Source: an uncultured virus (IMG/VR IMGVR_UViG_3300011438_000001)
Taxonomy: Duplodnaviria; Heunggongvirae; Uroviricota; Caudoviricetes
Strand: one strand, 5' to 3'
Length of the DNA stretch: 64,000 bases
Virus record (IMG/VR): IMGVR_UViG_3300011438_000001
Shown here: piece after piece, positions 9,401-19,282 of the stretch
Layout: each line of letters starts with the position of its first letter
Position numbering within the stretch: position 1 is the stretch's first letter
Made by a program: the position numbers and the translations under genes
The notes under the pieces: generated by a model
What the model was told of the DNA's origin: nothing
Seen by the model: only the letters and a program-made list of their open reading frames with translations
The model's database searches: none

Positions 9401-10657
9401 TTAGGCGGTTGGAATAGCCGGCGGTGGCGGGACCGTTGCGGCGGCTGGAGGCTCAGGCGTGGCCTCCACCGGCTGTGGTGGTTGTGGCGGGACTGCCGGC
9501 AGCAGCACCCATGGTTGCGGGCCATTAGTCGTAGGTGGTGCAGCAGCCACCATTGCCGGTGCTGCCGCCAATGCTTTGCTCTCGCGAATCTTCTGTGCCC
9601 ATTCCGCCAGCTTGTTGCTGCCAGCTGCCAGGATCCTCGCTCGTTCCTCAACGTAATGGACGATCCTATCTCCTGCACTCAAATTCAAATAGCCATGCGG
9701 CCACTTCTTTAGAATCTGATGCGTCGGGGATAGCCCACCATCCGGCCCGGGCATCGAGCTAAGCCGCAACGTCGCCGGCCAGTGCAGCCCGGGGATGTCC
9801 ATGCTGGGATGCGGGACAAACCATGCAAGGCGGATCATCTCTTCCCCGCCAGTCGGCTTGCCGTCAGCGCCATTGATGGGCACTTTATAGACTTCGATAT
9901 GGAACATGTCTTGCAACAACGGCTTCAATTGGTCAGTGGCAGCAGATCCAACGACCTTTGGTCCCAGCGTCGTGGCCTTAGTCGTCTGGTCCTGCCCCTT
10001 GCTTTCATGGGTCGAGAAGCAGACCATCTCCACCGGCAGGGCCGACAGTTGGGTCATCATATTCAAGATGAACTGCTGGGCGTTGCCATAGTGCGCTTGG
10101 CCCGGGTTGGCGAATCGCTCGATCCCATCGCCATTGCGAGCCTGCCCATCAATACTGTACTCCGTCCATTGCCCCACCGTCTCTTGAGCAACCTTTCTCC
10201 CACTCGTAGTATGGTCGCCCAGCAGCACCGTTCCCAACGTTGATGGACCTTCGAAGAAGTACCCGCTGACCTTGGAGAGATCATTGGTCCATTCGGTTCC
10301 ATCTTCTAACTTAGCCGTGATGCCGGCTGGGATTAGAAAATCCCGCATGGTTCCGTCGGCCATTCGATAAGGGATATATCGTCCCGCCGGTCTGATGTGC
10401 GCAGGCGGTCCCCAGCTGCCCCGGGCGATCGCCGCGGCCAGGGCATGGATGGTCTTGCCGCTGCCGATCATGGGAAAGAAGTCGATGATGCCGGCTTGAA
10501 TATCCTCATGCAGGATTTCAACACCGACAAGATCCGTTGCCGCCCATCGCACCGGCTTGCCCGTCCTGGCGAATAGCCATCTTGCAACCCATAGCAGCTC
10601 ACTCGTTTTCCAGGTGACGCCACCACCTTCTCCATACAAAGTCAACGTGTGGGGCAT
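9401..10657 (-). CDS. AAA_24/Sak4-like ATPase-fold recombination protein with atypical Walker motifs
   Basis: N-terminal LYGEGGGVTWKTS, FFEGPST, HYGNAQ, STHE...LGPKVVG; synteny with SSB and nuclease. Confidence 0.6.
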   Translation of the reverse strand: MPHTLTLYGEGGGVTWKTSELLWVARWLFARTGKPVRWAATDLVGVEILHEDIQAGIIDFFPMIGSGKTIHALAAAIARGSWGPPAHIRPAGRYIPYRMADGTMRDFLIPAGITAKLEDGTEWTNDLSKVSGYFFEGPSTLGTVLLGDHTTSGRKVAQETVGQWTEYSIDGQARNGDGIERFANPGQAHYGNAQQFILNMMTQLSALPVEMVCFSTHESKGQDQTTKATTLGPKVVGSAATDQLKPLLQDMFHIEVYKVPINGADGKPTGGEEMIRLAWFVPHPSMDIPGLHWPATLRLSSMPGPDGGLSPTHQILKKWPHGYLNLSAGDRIVHYVEERARILAAGSNKLAEWAQKIRESKALAAAPAMVAAAPPTTNGPQPWVLLPAVPPQPPQPVEATPEPPAAATVPPPPAIPTA

Positions 10658-10920
10658 CCGGTTTGGACCTCCCCAATCTTGCCAATCTTGCCGTTCATTT
10701 CATTCCCCTTTCTATTCCCCTTCTGTCTAGCTTTCCAATTCTGACTATGCCGATTCTGCTGCTCGGCGCATGAGGCGCAAAGCATTTTCCCCTTGCGCTC
10801 ATCCTCGACCGCCAGCCCGCAGACCTTGCACAAACCTAGCTCCCGCCGCTTGGCCCGCAGGCGCTGTTGATAAGCCCGTTGATAGACTTTGTACTGCAGC
10901 GAGTCATGAGGTAGTGCCAT
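10642..10920 (-). CDS. zinc-finger protein (CKVC...CASC)
   Basis: two CxxC motifs flanked by basic helices. Confidence 0.6.
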   Translation of the reverse strand: MALPHDSLQYKVYQRAYQQRLRAKRRELGLCKVCGLAVEDERKGKMLCASCAEQQNRHSQNWKARQKGNRKGNEMNGKIGKIGEVQTGCPTR

Positions 10921-10926
10921 AGGATT

Positions 10927-11505
10927 TTATAGCCGGCGCCAAAGCAGCAGGAACAAAACGGCAAGCGTGGCGCCCATGACCAACAGGCTGTTGGGCTCAG
11001 GCGTCTCGCTCTGCTGCTCGGGCGTCCCTAGAATAGAAGTCCAGACATACGGGATGCCATCGCTGTTGCGACTGCCATCGCCAGAAAGCAGATGGACTCC
11101 TAATGTTTTAACCCACTGATCAAAGACCACCTCTACGCCGGCAACATAATTAAAAGTCGCCGATGGATTGGCTGGATCAACCCAGCCCGCCTGCCCTTGC
11201 ACCCCCAGCGAATTGTCATAAGCCGTCACGTTGAAGAGCAATTCGGCAAGGAAGGTTCCATCCGCCTTGAAGGTTGCTTTTAGACAAGGCTCGTTGAAAT
11301 CGTTGTCCCCGCCTGGGATGACGTCACCAAAGTTGTCATTCCCGCAGACCATCCAGGTTTGCCCGCTGAAGGGAATGACAGAGCGGCCGATCCCCGGTCC
11401 CGTCACCAACGTGCCGTCCGGATTCGCCACGGGAATGGTCACAGCATTTGCAGTTGCAGTTGCGACTAACGCAACCACTGAAATCAGGAGCATCTTTTTC
11501 ATCAT
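10927..11505 (-). CDS. secreted PEP-CTERM sorting-domain protein
   Basis: signal peptide MKKMLLISVVALVATATANA; C-terminal TPEP, TM helix and WRR. Confidence 0.8.
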   Translation of the reverse strand: MMKKMLLISVVALVATATANAVTIPVANPDGTLVTGPGIGRSVIPFSGQTWMVCGNDNFGDVIPGGDNDFNEPCLKATFKADGTFLAELLFNVTAYDNSLGVQGQAGWVDPANPSATFNYVAGVEVVFDQWVKTLGVHLLSGDGSRNSDGIPYVWTSILGTPEQQSETPEPNSLLVMGATLAVLFLLLWRRL

Positions 11506-11538
11506 TGAGTCTTTATTCCCTTCGCCTTTTCAAATTCC

Positions 11539-13131
11539 CTAACCTTCAATCTGCACGAGCTTATCATGGTGCGGCTCAGCCCACTCGAGCTTTCCATCCT
11601 GCACAAACCCCATCGCACCCATTGCCTTGCTCCCGGTGTGACATAGCCCCCACATGGGACAATCATCGCCATACCAGTCGTTGCACTTCTTTCGATTCTG
11701 CGGGAACTGCTCATCCAACGTCGCCTCGACTAACTTCGCAGTCTCATCATCAACCCCGCTTGCCCCTTGCATGATCATCTGGCTGAGCGTGCCGGCCAGC
11801 TCCCACTTGCCGACCATTTCCCCCTCACCAATGCTGGCCTGCCGCCACCACCTATGGATCTCATCCGTCGCTCTAGCAATAGGCTCGGTGAAGTGGAATA
11901 GGTTGTCTAAAGGATTCCCCCAGGCCTGCATCAACTCAGGCTGGACCCGTCCATAATGAAGATCCTCTACCCATCCTTTAACCCCGCCCGGGTAATCCCA
12001 AACGTTGAACTTAGTCCAGCTGGGGCCAAGCGCCCCCATCCCGGTCTTGCTCTTAGCAGGATCTTTAGGGCTCAAATTAAACCAGCTCCAAGCATAGTTG
12101 GTGATCTTCCCAACCACGCCATCCACATCCTTCTTCCATCCACCCAGCAATGGCGAGTCGGTGACCTTCCATCCCAAGCTCTTATCCATGTCCCGCTTGC
12201 CCTTCATGGCGATCATCATCATGACGCCGGCGATCTGCTGGCCTGGGTGGTGGGTCTCCCATCCGATGATTTCGGCAACCCCTTGGTTGTCGATCTGATA
12301 TCCCTTGATGGCCTTTGGATAGGGTTTGTCGCCACTGCTGGTTTTGAAATTGCCCAGCAGAATCCGCTGGAAGAACTTATCCCAGAGCAGGATGTCGGCT
12401 TTGCTTTGCAGAACTCTCTCCACATGAGGCAACGGATCCGGCCGGCCGGGAAGGTTCACCACGTCCAGTTTCGTGGGGTAATCCTTCTCGATCTCGAGAA
12501 CGTCATAAGCTTCCAGGAAGAATGGCTTGATGCGCAGATCCCATGCCCTGATCATCGCTTCCAACAAACAGACCTGCTCGCGCATGGTCCAGTTGTTTCT
12601 TGCTCTCGCAAAAGCCTGCGCCTCGGATTCCTGCACGTCAGCTGGACGGGAGAATGGACTGGCTGGCAGATCCTCAAACCCAGGCGGGAGTTGCGTCTGC
12701 GCCTGCCCAGCATCCGGCGCGATCCCACGAAACCCGCTCGGCCCGGCAAAGGTCTTGACCTCCACCATCTCCGTTCCCGTGCCGCTCCCCTCCCCCGCAA
12801 CCACCGCGGCGAGGCCTCGCTTATTCGCCTCCCTCCAATATGCTGACATGCGCTCCGCCACCACGCCTTCGATCTCCCGGCCCCGCAGCAGATCCTCTAC
12901 GCCTTCATGGAAGTGCGTGCCCATCAAGGTGTACATCGAAGGACGGCCACTGCGCAATCCGCCCCAGTGGATCTTCCCATTGGGATGCTCAGGCGATGGG
13001 CCGAATTTGAATCCCCGGGCGAATTCATAACTCCAGAATCGATGGCGCATGCAGGCTTGTCGAGACTCGATGGCAGATCGAGACATCGTGTAGGGAATGC
13101 CTGGGTTGAAGGATGAGTTGGTGGGGCTCAT
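11539..13131 (-). CDS. PD-(D/E)XK (Cas4/RecB-like) nuclease
   Basis: N-terminal ACMRH...GTHFH, LEIEK, KADIL, NFKT, C-terminal CxxxxxxxCxxxxxC. Confidence 0.7.
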   Translation of the reverse strand: MSPTNSSFNPGIPYTMSRSAIESRQACMRHRFWSYEFARGFKFGPSPEHPNGKIHWGGLRSGRPSMYTLMGTHFHEGVEDLLRGREIEGVVAERMSAYWREANKRGLAAVVAGEGSGTGTEMVEVKTFAGPSGFRGIAPDAGQAQTQLPPGFEDLPASPFSRPADVQESEAQAFARARNNWTMREQVCLLEAMIRAWDLRIKPFFLEAYDVLEIEKDYPTKLDVVNLPGRPDPLPHVERVLQSKADILLWDKFFQRILLGNFKTSSGDKPYPKAIKGYQIDNQGVAEIIGWETHHPGQQIAGVMMMIAMKGKRDMDKSLGWKVTDSPLLGGWKKDVDGVVGKITNYAWSWFNLSPKDPAKSKTGMGALGPSWTKFNVWDYPGGVKGWVEDLHYGRVQPELMQAWGNPLDNLFHFTEPIARATDEIHRWWRQASIGEGEMVGKWELAGTLSQMIMQGASGVDDETAKLVEATLDEQFPQNRKKCNDWYGDDCPMWGLCHTGSKAMGAMGFVQDGKLEWAEPHHDKLVQIEG

Positions 13132-13133
13132 GG

Positions 13134-13328
13134 CTAGACCTCCTCCTCTAACCACTCCACAATGCCGGTCTCGGCAAGGACCAACTGATCCCCTGGCTGC
13201 ACTTCGTATTTCAGTTCCAGCAGAGCCTTAGCTGTGTAGTCTTTGCCCTGCATTTTGGAATATTGCGTGACCCGCCCTTCCACCTCGATGACAAAGCTAT
13301 CGCCGACACGTAGATCGTCTCGCATCAT
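13134..13328 (-). CDS. hypothetical protein
   Basis: compact ORF in operon context with RBS. Confidence 0.55.
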   Translation of the reverse strand: MMRDDLRVGDSFVIEVEGRVTQYSKMQGKDYTAKALLELKYEVQPGDQLVLAETGIVEWLEEEV

Positions 13329-13357
13329 TTTGATTTCCCCTAGTCCTTTGAAATTAA

Positions 13358-13858
13358 CTAACCAACCACCGTCGGCATCCCCGGAAACATCGCCGGATCG
13401 GCGTCGTCAATCCTGGTCCCGACAGGAATCTTATGGATCTTCCTAAGCTCCTCGCATCTCAACATGACCCATCGATCATAACCTTGGATCAGTCCATCCA
13501 GCCCGACAATAAAGCATTTCGAAAGCGACCCTGCCGCCCGCACTTCCCGGTTCATGCATTCCATGAACTGCAAGAAGGCGCCGGCTTCCATCAAGGTCGT
13601 CCCTTGATTATGCCAATAGGATGGATTAGCCCCATGCTCATCAAAGTCTGGCGCCTCAAAAGCTCCAGTCTCGAGTCGCCTTATCAACAGCGGAGATGCC
13701 CATTGAATCTGCACCCAGACATGTGGCTGCTTTGGATCGGCGCTGGCAATCGAGACTGCCAGCCTAAGCCACAACCTGGGAGGTGGGAAGTTGTAAGCTT
13801 GGACAACGCCCATTGCTGCGGTCATATCCGCTGATTGGTCCTGTTGATCCTGCGGCAT
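13358..13858 (-). CDS. hypothetical protein
   Basis: 166 aa ORF in operon context. Confidence 0.6.
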   Translation of the reverse strand: MPQDQQDQSADMTAAMGVVQAYNFPPPRLWLRLAVSIASADPKQPHVWVQIQWASPLLIRRLETGAFEAPDFDEHGANPSYWHNQGTTLMEAGAFLQFMECMNREVRAAGSLSKCFIVGLDGLIQGYDRWVMLRCEELRKIHKIPVGTRIDDADPAMFPGMPTVVG

Positions 13859-13861
13859 AAC

Positions 13862-14194
13862 CTATTCGGCGCTCCCCATTCTCTTCAGTTCGTCCATCGC
13901 TTCGATCGACGTTGCTTCAATCGACATGCCGGCCATCTCAGAGAATCTTTCCTCATTCCCAACCCCATTGACGTCCAGCCCGTGCTTCCTCACCACATCC
14001 AACAGATCCCGCCGGAACGCCACGTACCTGTCAAAGTTCCACCCCTCCGGAAACCTCAATAAGATCGTGGCATCCTCGGCGATTGGCTTGCGCTGCCGCA
14101 TAGCAGCACTCCAATATCGAATGAGCAACGCTCCCTTATCCGCCTCGAATGGGGCAAGGGGCGAGTCGGAAACCTTAGCTTTTGTCGCGGCCAT
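13862..14194 (-). CDS. hypothetical protein
   Basis: 110 aa ORF, first gene of the leftward unit at the 14.2 kb divergence. Confidence 0.6.
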   Translation of the reverse strand: MAATKAKVSDSPLAPFEADKGALLIRYWSAAMRQRKPIAEDATILLRFPEGWNFDRYVAFRRDLLDVVRKHGLDVNGVGNEERFSEMAGMSIEATSIEAMDELKRMGSAE

Positions 14195-14213
14195 TTCGTT
14201 TCTTATTCCCTAC

Positions 14214-14287
14214 CTGACCAGATCGATGTTTCCCATCTGACCAGATCATGCTAACATTATTGCGGTGAGCTTGCAAGATCTGACAAG
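14214..14287. promoter_or_regulatory. divergent control region: CTGACCAGATC x2, extended -10 TGcTAACAT (14249-14257), operator CTTGCAAGATCTGACAAG (14270-14287)
   Basis: read directly. Confidence 0.55.
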
Positions 14288-15194
14288 AACTAAACAGCGG
14301 CTTCTCCATCGTGTTTTAGAAAACAACGGTGAGCTTGGGGTCAGGGGCGTCGGCGTGGACGAATCCTTCCAGGCTCTCACCAAAGAACTGGCTTTGATTC
14401 CAGCTCCTCCCAGACCTCCTGTCTCGACCCTCCCACCTGCTCTCGAGATTCTCGCCACCCATCCCGACCGCCCTGCCATCCTACACCAAATCCAATCCGG
14501 CGTCCCGTTGTCGCAAATCTACGCAGCCTTTTCCGGAGCCAATGGCCTCGCCTGCACGTTGCAGGAGCTTGCGCAATTGCGAAACCAAGCCTTGCCGCAG
14601 ATGCTAGCCGCTCGACGCGCTCGCCTCGCCGGGTTGCAAATCGCCCGCGATCGCCTCAACCACCTTGCAGAACAAGAGATCCTGCGCGGCCTCTCCCGCA
14701 CCACTGCCGCCTTTGAAGCCCTTCCCGCCGGCGAGGAACCTTCGCGGGGCCTATTCATGGCCCATCAGAAGTACATCGCCCATGCCATGCAGATGATCAG
14801 CCAGCTGGCTGAGGACGAGCAGCGGATCGGCGAGACGGATCTGGCCAACCGGGCCAGGGCGGGCGTCGTGAAATTGCAGATTGCGTCGAAGGAAAAGATC
14901 GCCATGGCTGCTATCGAAGCCAGGATTGCTGATGGCGAAGGCGATGCATTCTCGCCCAACAACCTCCCAGCATCCCAGCGATTTGGTGCAATCGCGGGCG
15001 CGGTTGGTGGCGCCGCGGGAGCAATCGCCGGCGCCGCGGCTGGAGCTGGGATGGTAGCAGGGCTGATTCAAGATTCCCGGTCGGCCGGCGGGCAGCGCCA
15101 GACCCATGTGCTGCCGATGAGAGAGGTCGAGAGGGTCGAGGATTGCGTGAGCGTGCCGAGACTGCCGGCTGGGGTTATGGAGCAACTAGGATGA
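14265..15194 (+). CDS. helical protein with possible HTH (terminase small subunit-like or regulator)
   Basis: HPDRPAILHQIQSGVPLSQI...TLQELAQLR segment followed by coiled coils; GTG start. Confidence 0.45.
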   Translation: MSLQDLTRTKQRLLHRVLENNGELGVRGVGVDESFQALTKELALIPAPPRPPVSTLPPALEILATHPDRPAILHQIQSGVPLSQIYAAFSGANGLACTLQELAQLRNQALPQMLAARRARLAGLQIARDRLNHLAEQEILRGLSRTTAAFEALPAGEEPSRGLFMAHQKYIAHAMQMISQLAEDEQRIGETDLANRARAGVVKLQIASKEKIAMAAIEARIADGEGDAFSPNNLPASQRFGAIAGAVGGAAGAIAGAAAGAGMVAGLIQDSRSAGGQRQTHVLPMREVERVEDCVSVPRLPAGVMEQLG

Positions 15195-15469
15195 CAAGCA
15201 AAGAGATCAAAGAATTTCTTGTCGAGAACAACGACGATGAGATGCTGTTTGCCGATGGCTTTGAAGATGCCCTCATCGGCACAGTAAGTGGAGCCTGCCG
15301 GCAAGTCGTCGCCTGCTACGACTATCAAAAGTGCATCGACATTCTGATGTCTCGAGACAAGATGGACGAGGAAGAAGCTGAGGAATGGATGAGCTTCAAC
15401 GTTATCGGAGCTTACGTCGGCGAGTATACGCCCCTGTTCCTTTACGATTTGCGGAACCAGGATCGTTAG
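15191..15469 (+). CDS. conserved phage hypothetical protein (ADGFEDALIG...FNVIGAYVGEYTP)
   Basis: motif familiar from many phages; ATGA overlap with the upstream gene. Confidence 0.75.
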   Translation: MTSKEIKEFLVENNDDEMLFADGFEDALIGTVSGACRQVVACYDYQKCIDILMSRDKMDEEEAEEWMSFNVIGAYVGEYTPLFLYDLRNQDR

Positions 15470-15656
15470 CCTTTCGACTCTCCTCCAGGGTCTTTGCGAT
15501 CTGGCGGTTCGCCGCTTCCACAAATTCGTCAATAGGCTCCCAGTCCGTTTCGATGTCGGCCATAGCTTCTTTCAACTTCGAACAGTTGAAATTGTGAAGA
15601 GCCGTCGATACAACTTCCAGCCCGCACAACTTGCAGCGTTCCATAATCTTTTGATT

Positions 15657-15890
15657 CTAAGACCGGCGATCCACAAACCGATAGAACAACCCCAGCACCA
15701 GCGCCCCCAAATACCCAACCACTCCGATCACTACCGCCACGACCGCTGCCGCCACCACCACCAGCGGCACAAACAACATCGGCAGCTTGTCCAGCAGCCG
15801 GCAGACGTAGTCTTGATTCTCGTCCATCTTGGTTCCTTCCATCTTGCTCGCCATTTCCATTTCCATCTTGCTCTCCATCTTGATTTCTAA
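15657..15890 (-). CDS. small membrane protein
   Basis: long hydrophobic segment; start uncertain. Confidence 0.4.
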   Translation of the reverse strand, partial: LEIKMESKMEMEMASKMEGTKMDENQDYVCRLLDKLPMLFVPLVVVAAAVVAVVIGVVGYLGALVLGLFYRFVDRRS

Positions 15891-16258
15891 TCCCGATCCC
15901 ACAACTGCGTCTCCCCGATCGTCGCCAGCATCCCAACATGCTCGATGCTGGTGATGAACGCACTCTCCCACCATAAGGGGTCGTATCGTTCCATGACAAT
16001 CTTCTTGACCCCGATCCTCGACGGACCGGCTTGGCTGACGTAGATCACCTGCTCGGTATCTTCCCTTGGATTACATCGTATGTGCCGGATGGTGACCCGA
16101 AAGAGTTGCAGTATGCCAGTGTCGATCAGGGTCTGGGCCAGTGACACGGCTTCCGATATCTTAGCCTCCGCTTTGAAGACTTCCGCCAATGTTTTGCCCC
16201 GGGCATTGCCTTCAAGATCGCCCAAAACGTCTTCAGTTCCCGATCTAAAATTGCTCAT
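15887..16258 (-). CDS. hypothetical protein
   Basis: 123 aa ORF with RBS. Confidence 0.55.
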   Translation of the reverse strand: MSNFRSGTEDVLGDLEGNARGKTLAEVFKAEAKISEAVSLAQTLIDTGILQLFRVTIRHIRCNPREDTEQVIYVSQAGPSRIGVKKIVMERYDPLWWESAFITSIEHVGMLATIGETQLWDRD

Positions 16259-16273
16259 GATTCCTTCCCAACC

Positions 16274-16603
16274 TTAACCTTTCCCCACGATTCTCAATGC
16301 TCTCTGCCGCGCCTCGCGATCCGCCCGCTCTTCACTCCGCATCTCGCCCTGCAGTTCTTTCAGCAGCAACTCGACCATGGACCTTTGCTCCCGCCTCTGC
16401 CTCCAGGCCGCTTTCCAATCCGGCCCCAGCAGCGCAGCCTCCAATTCCTTCTCGGTCTCCTTGTCGGTCCAGCCCGGGGCAACAGCCGCGTCTCTAGCAG
16501 ATTGCAGGAACGACGCGACGTTGGCCAGCACGGTGTCCTGGTCCTGCTTCAACCTGGAATGGAGCCACTGCAACTGCAAGGTCGTCAGTTTAATTACGTG
16601 CAT
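16274..16603 (-). CDS. hypothetical coiled-coil protein
   Basis: strong AGGAGG RBS. Confidence 0.6.
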   Translation of the reverse strand: MHVIKLTTLQLQWLHSRLKQDQDTVLANVASFLQSARDAAVAPGWTDKETEKELEAALLGPDWKAAWRQRREQRSMVELLLKELQGEMRSEERADREARQRALRIVGKG

Positions 16604-16621
16604 CTTGATTCTCTCCTCCTT

Positions 16622-16894
16622 CTAATCATCATCGGAATTGAACGAGCCATACTGATTCCCGTTGGCCCAACGGTCCCAGCTGCTGCCCCGACTGCGATAC
16701 CCCTTAGACCGTCTCCTTGCCCCTGGCATCGCCTGCAACGCCAAGGCTAGAGCTTGCTCATCATTCTCATCCCAAGGTCCAACCAGCCCCAGCTCTGATC
16801 CTTCCATGGCACTCTTGCGGCGGAGGAAATAATGCGCCACCCGATTGGGATGGAACTTAGGTTTCGATTTGCAATGCGGCCGGCAATCTACCAT
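16622..16894 (-). CDS. hypothetical protein
   Basis: operon context; start uncertain. Confidence 0.4.
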   Translation of the reverse strand: MVDCRPHCKSKPKFHPNRVAHYFLRRKSAMEGSELGLVGPWDENDEQALALALQAMPGARRRSKGYRSRGSSWDRWANGNQYGSFNSDDD

Positions 16895-17157
16895 CAGATT
16901 TGTGCCTTCTTCCCCTCCCCTTCCGCCTCCCCTTCCGCCTCCTCCAATGCCTTCTCAAGCTTGCGAGATGCCATTGCAACTTCAGCCTCCATCAGCGCCA
17001 AGCTATCCTTGGCAACCTTCAACTCCGCTTCGCACCGTTCGACCTGCCGTATGCAAGCCGCCATGTGAGAACGCACCTGCGCCCGTACTTCAGCCGCCCG
17101 CTGGATCTTATCCAGGATTGCTGGGTTCTTCATAACGTAAATCGAAGCCTCCTTCAT
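16894..17157 (-). CDS. coiled-coil hypothetical protein
   Basis: follows the UvrD-like gene; GGAGG RBS. Confidence 0.6.
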   Translation of the reverse strand: MKEASIYVMKNPAILDKIQRAAEVRAQVRSHMAACIRQVERCEAELKVAKDSLALMEAEVAMASRKLEKALEEAEGEAEGEGKKAQI

Positions 17158-17160
17158 AAC

Positions 17161-19266
17161 TTAAATCGAAACCTCCCACAATTCATTCTTCGTCCTAGTC
17201 GTCGCCACATACTGCAGCCAGTCTTCCTGTTCCTTCTCCCAATCCAGCTTGGCCCATTTCACCGGGCAGGTTTCTGCCCTGCCCCAGAGCACCACCAACT
17301 CCCACTCCAGCCCCTTGGACTTATGGAAGCTGCTCAACGTGACCGCATTGGGCCTTTCTCCACTTCCCTCGACCGCATCGGCTTGGTCACTAAAAATTCG
17401 CTCGATCTCTTCCTGCAGCAGGTCGATCGGCACTTCGGCTTCATCCCCTTCCTCCTTCGCTTCCGCCAAGTAATCCTCTTCATACCGGGCCAGCACATTC
17501 TGCGCGATCGTCATCAGGCAATCGACAGAGTCTCGAATCATTCCGATCTCCCCTGACCGGCCAGCCTTCTGCATCTTAGCCTCTTCACGACTCCACCATT
17601 GTTCTAGCTTCTCCACAAATTGCTGAACCGTGCCAACCTTGAACCTGCCGGCCAGCGCCAACAGTTTCTTCCCAATATCCCGACCTTCGATCCGCGCTGG
17701 AATCCCCATCAGCATCAACTTGTAGTAGATGCCTGCTAATGGTGCATTCAACCTGCACAAGATCGCCTTCTCGCCATGCTTGGTTGCCTCCCATGCGGCA
17801 TGTGCAGCCAGCAGATCCGGGTTAGGCGGCTCTCCCTTGGCTGCGACCATAGACTTTCCAGCGGCGTACCAGAACTGCCCCTGGCGCATGTTTCGAATCT
17901 CACCATCCCTTGCTTCATCCGCCGCTTCAAATTCCGGCGCCCACTTCTTCGCCAACGCCACCACCTTCTTAGGGCATCGCCTTGTGATGCTCAGCGGCAG
18001 CATCGTGGGCATCAGCTCCAACCTGGGCTCCTCGTCCTGCACCGGCACTCGCGCATCTTCCCAGCCGTTCTCGATGATCGTCTGCCGGCCAACAGCTAAC
18101 GCAAGGTTCTTCATGCTCTGGGAATCCGCCCCCGTGAATCCAAAGATCGCCTGATGCTTATCCCCGACGATCACCAATTTCCCAATCCCGGGCTTCATCA
18201 TTCTCAACAAGACTTCCCGCTTAATCACATTAAGATCCTGCGCCTCGTCGCCTAGCACCCAATCGAACTGGGGAAATTCCGGAGCACCAAATTTCCCATC
18301 CGCCCATGGGCAATCCTGCAAGGTTAGGGGGAGATAAATCATCTCGGTGAAGGTGATGGAGTCCAACATGCGATCCTTCCCAATCACCAGCTGGGCCAGT
18401 TTAATGACGTCCCGCTCCACCTTCTGGCTCTTGAATCTCACGTCGAAATGCTTCATGATCCTCAGCCATGGCGCGACGTCATCGAACTTCTCTCTCGCCT
18501 CTTGGCTAACCCCGCATAGGTTGAGGCCAATTCCAAACTGCATCACCATGTCGATCAGCCAAGCGACAACGCCAACGCCCCCAATTTCCTTTTCAACCAA
18601 CGTGGCCTCTGCCCTTCTCCCGGGCAAGGGCTTCCGCTCCCATGGCTTCTGTCCCTTGGTTGGGGGTCCATAAATCAGCAGATCCAGAGCCTTCTCCCAT
18701 TTCCTTTCATCGAGCATCGGCGGGTTCAGCCGCACCTGCCTGCACCATCTCAACAAACTCTGCCAGCAGAGTGAATGCACGGTCGATGCTTCGACCAATC
18801 CACCGGCCCCAGCCCATCCACCATTGGTCTGTTTGCCATAGCAACGCGCCAACCGAATCGGCTCGAGCTTCCTCGAGATCTCCCGCGCAATCGGCTTGGC
18901 AAACGCGCCAAACCAGACATCTCCCGGCATGTGCTCTTCAATCCCCCGCAACATAGTCGAGGTCTTGCCGGTCCCGGCCAGCGCCCCAACGATCAGCACG
19001 CGATCATAGAGCGGCCAGGGATAGACCATAGTGCCGGCGTGGTGACCGCCCCAGTCAACAGCGTTGGCGGTGCGGTGCTTGCACCAGTCGAAGATGTCTT
19101 GCTGTTGGGAGGATGGAGCCCAACGTTCTTGGACGAGCTGCGCCTCGGCTTCGTTTGTCAGGCGATGGACCTCGGGCCAGGGCTCTATTGCCGGCACTGG
19201 GGCATCGTCCCTGACCATCCCCTCAATCAATCGATCCAACTCTTCCCCGTCAATTCGCTTAGCCAT
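17161..19266 (-). CDS. UvrD/Rep-like SF1A helicase
   Basis: ALAGTGKT, STVHS, DEAQD, VGDKHQAIFGFTGA, HKSKGLEW, YVATTR. Confidence 0.9.
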   Translation of the reverse strand: MAKRIDGEELDRLIEGMVRDDAPVPAIEPWPEVHRLTNEAEAQLVQERWAPSSQQQDIFDWCKHRTANAVDWGGHHAGTMVYPWPLYDRVLIVGALAGTGKTSTMLRGIEEHMPGDVWFGAFAKPIAREISRKLEPIRLARCYGKQTNGGWAGAGGLVEASTVHSLCWQSLLRWCRQVRLNPPMLDERKWEKALDLLIYGPPTKGQKPWERKPLPGRRAEATLVEKEIGGVGVVAWLIDMVMQFGIGLNLCGVSQEAREKFDDVAPWLRIMKHFDVRFKSQKVERDVIKLAQLVIGKDRMLDSITFTEMIYLPLTLQDCPWADGKFGAPEFPQFDWVLGDEAQDLNVIKREVLLRMMKPGIGKLVIVGDKHQAIFGFTGADSQSMKNLALAVGRQTIIENGWEDARVPVQDEEPRLELMPTMLPLSITRRCPKKVVALAKKWAPEFEAADEARDGEIRNMRQGQFWYAAGKSMVAAKGEPPNPDLLAAHAAWEATKHGEKAILCRLNAPLAGIYYKLMLMGIPARIEGRDIGKKLLALAGRFKVGTVQQFVEKLEQWWSREEAKMQKAGRSGEIGMIRDSVDCLMTIAQNVLARYEEDYLAEAKEEGDEAEVPIDLLQEEIERIFSDQADAVEGSGERPNAVTLSSFHKSKGLEWELVVLWGRAETCPVKWAKLDWEKEQEDWLQYVATTRTKNELWEVSI

Positions 19267-19282
19267 CCTTATTTCCCCTTCC

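Noticed and set aside
11539..13131. Cas4 as part of a CRISPR-Cas system
   Set aside because: No other cas genes or array; the context is a phage recombination module
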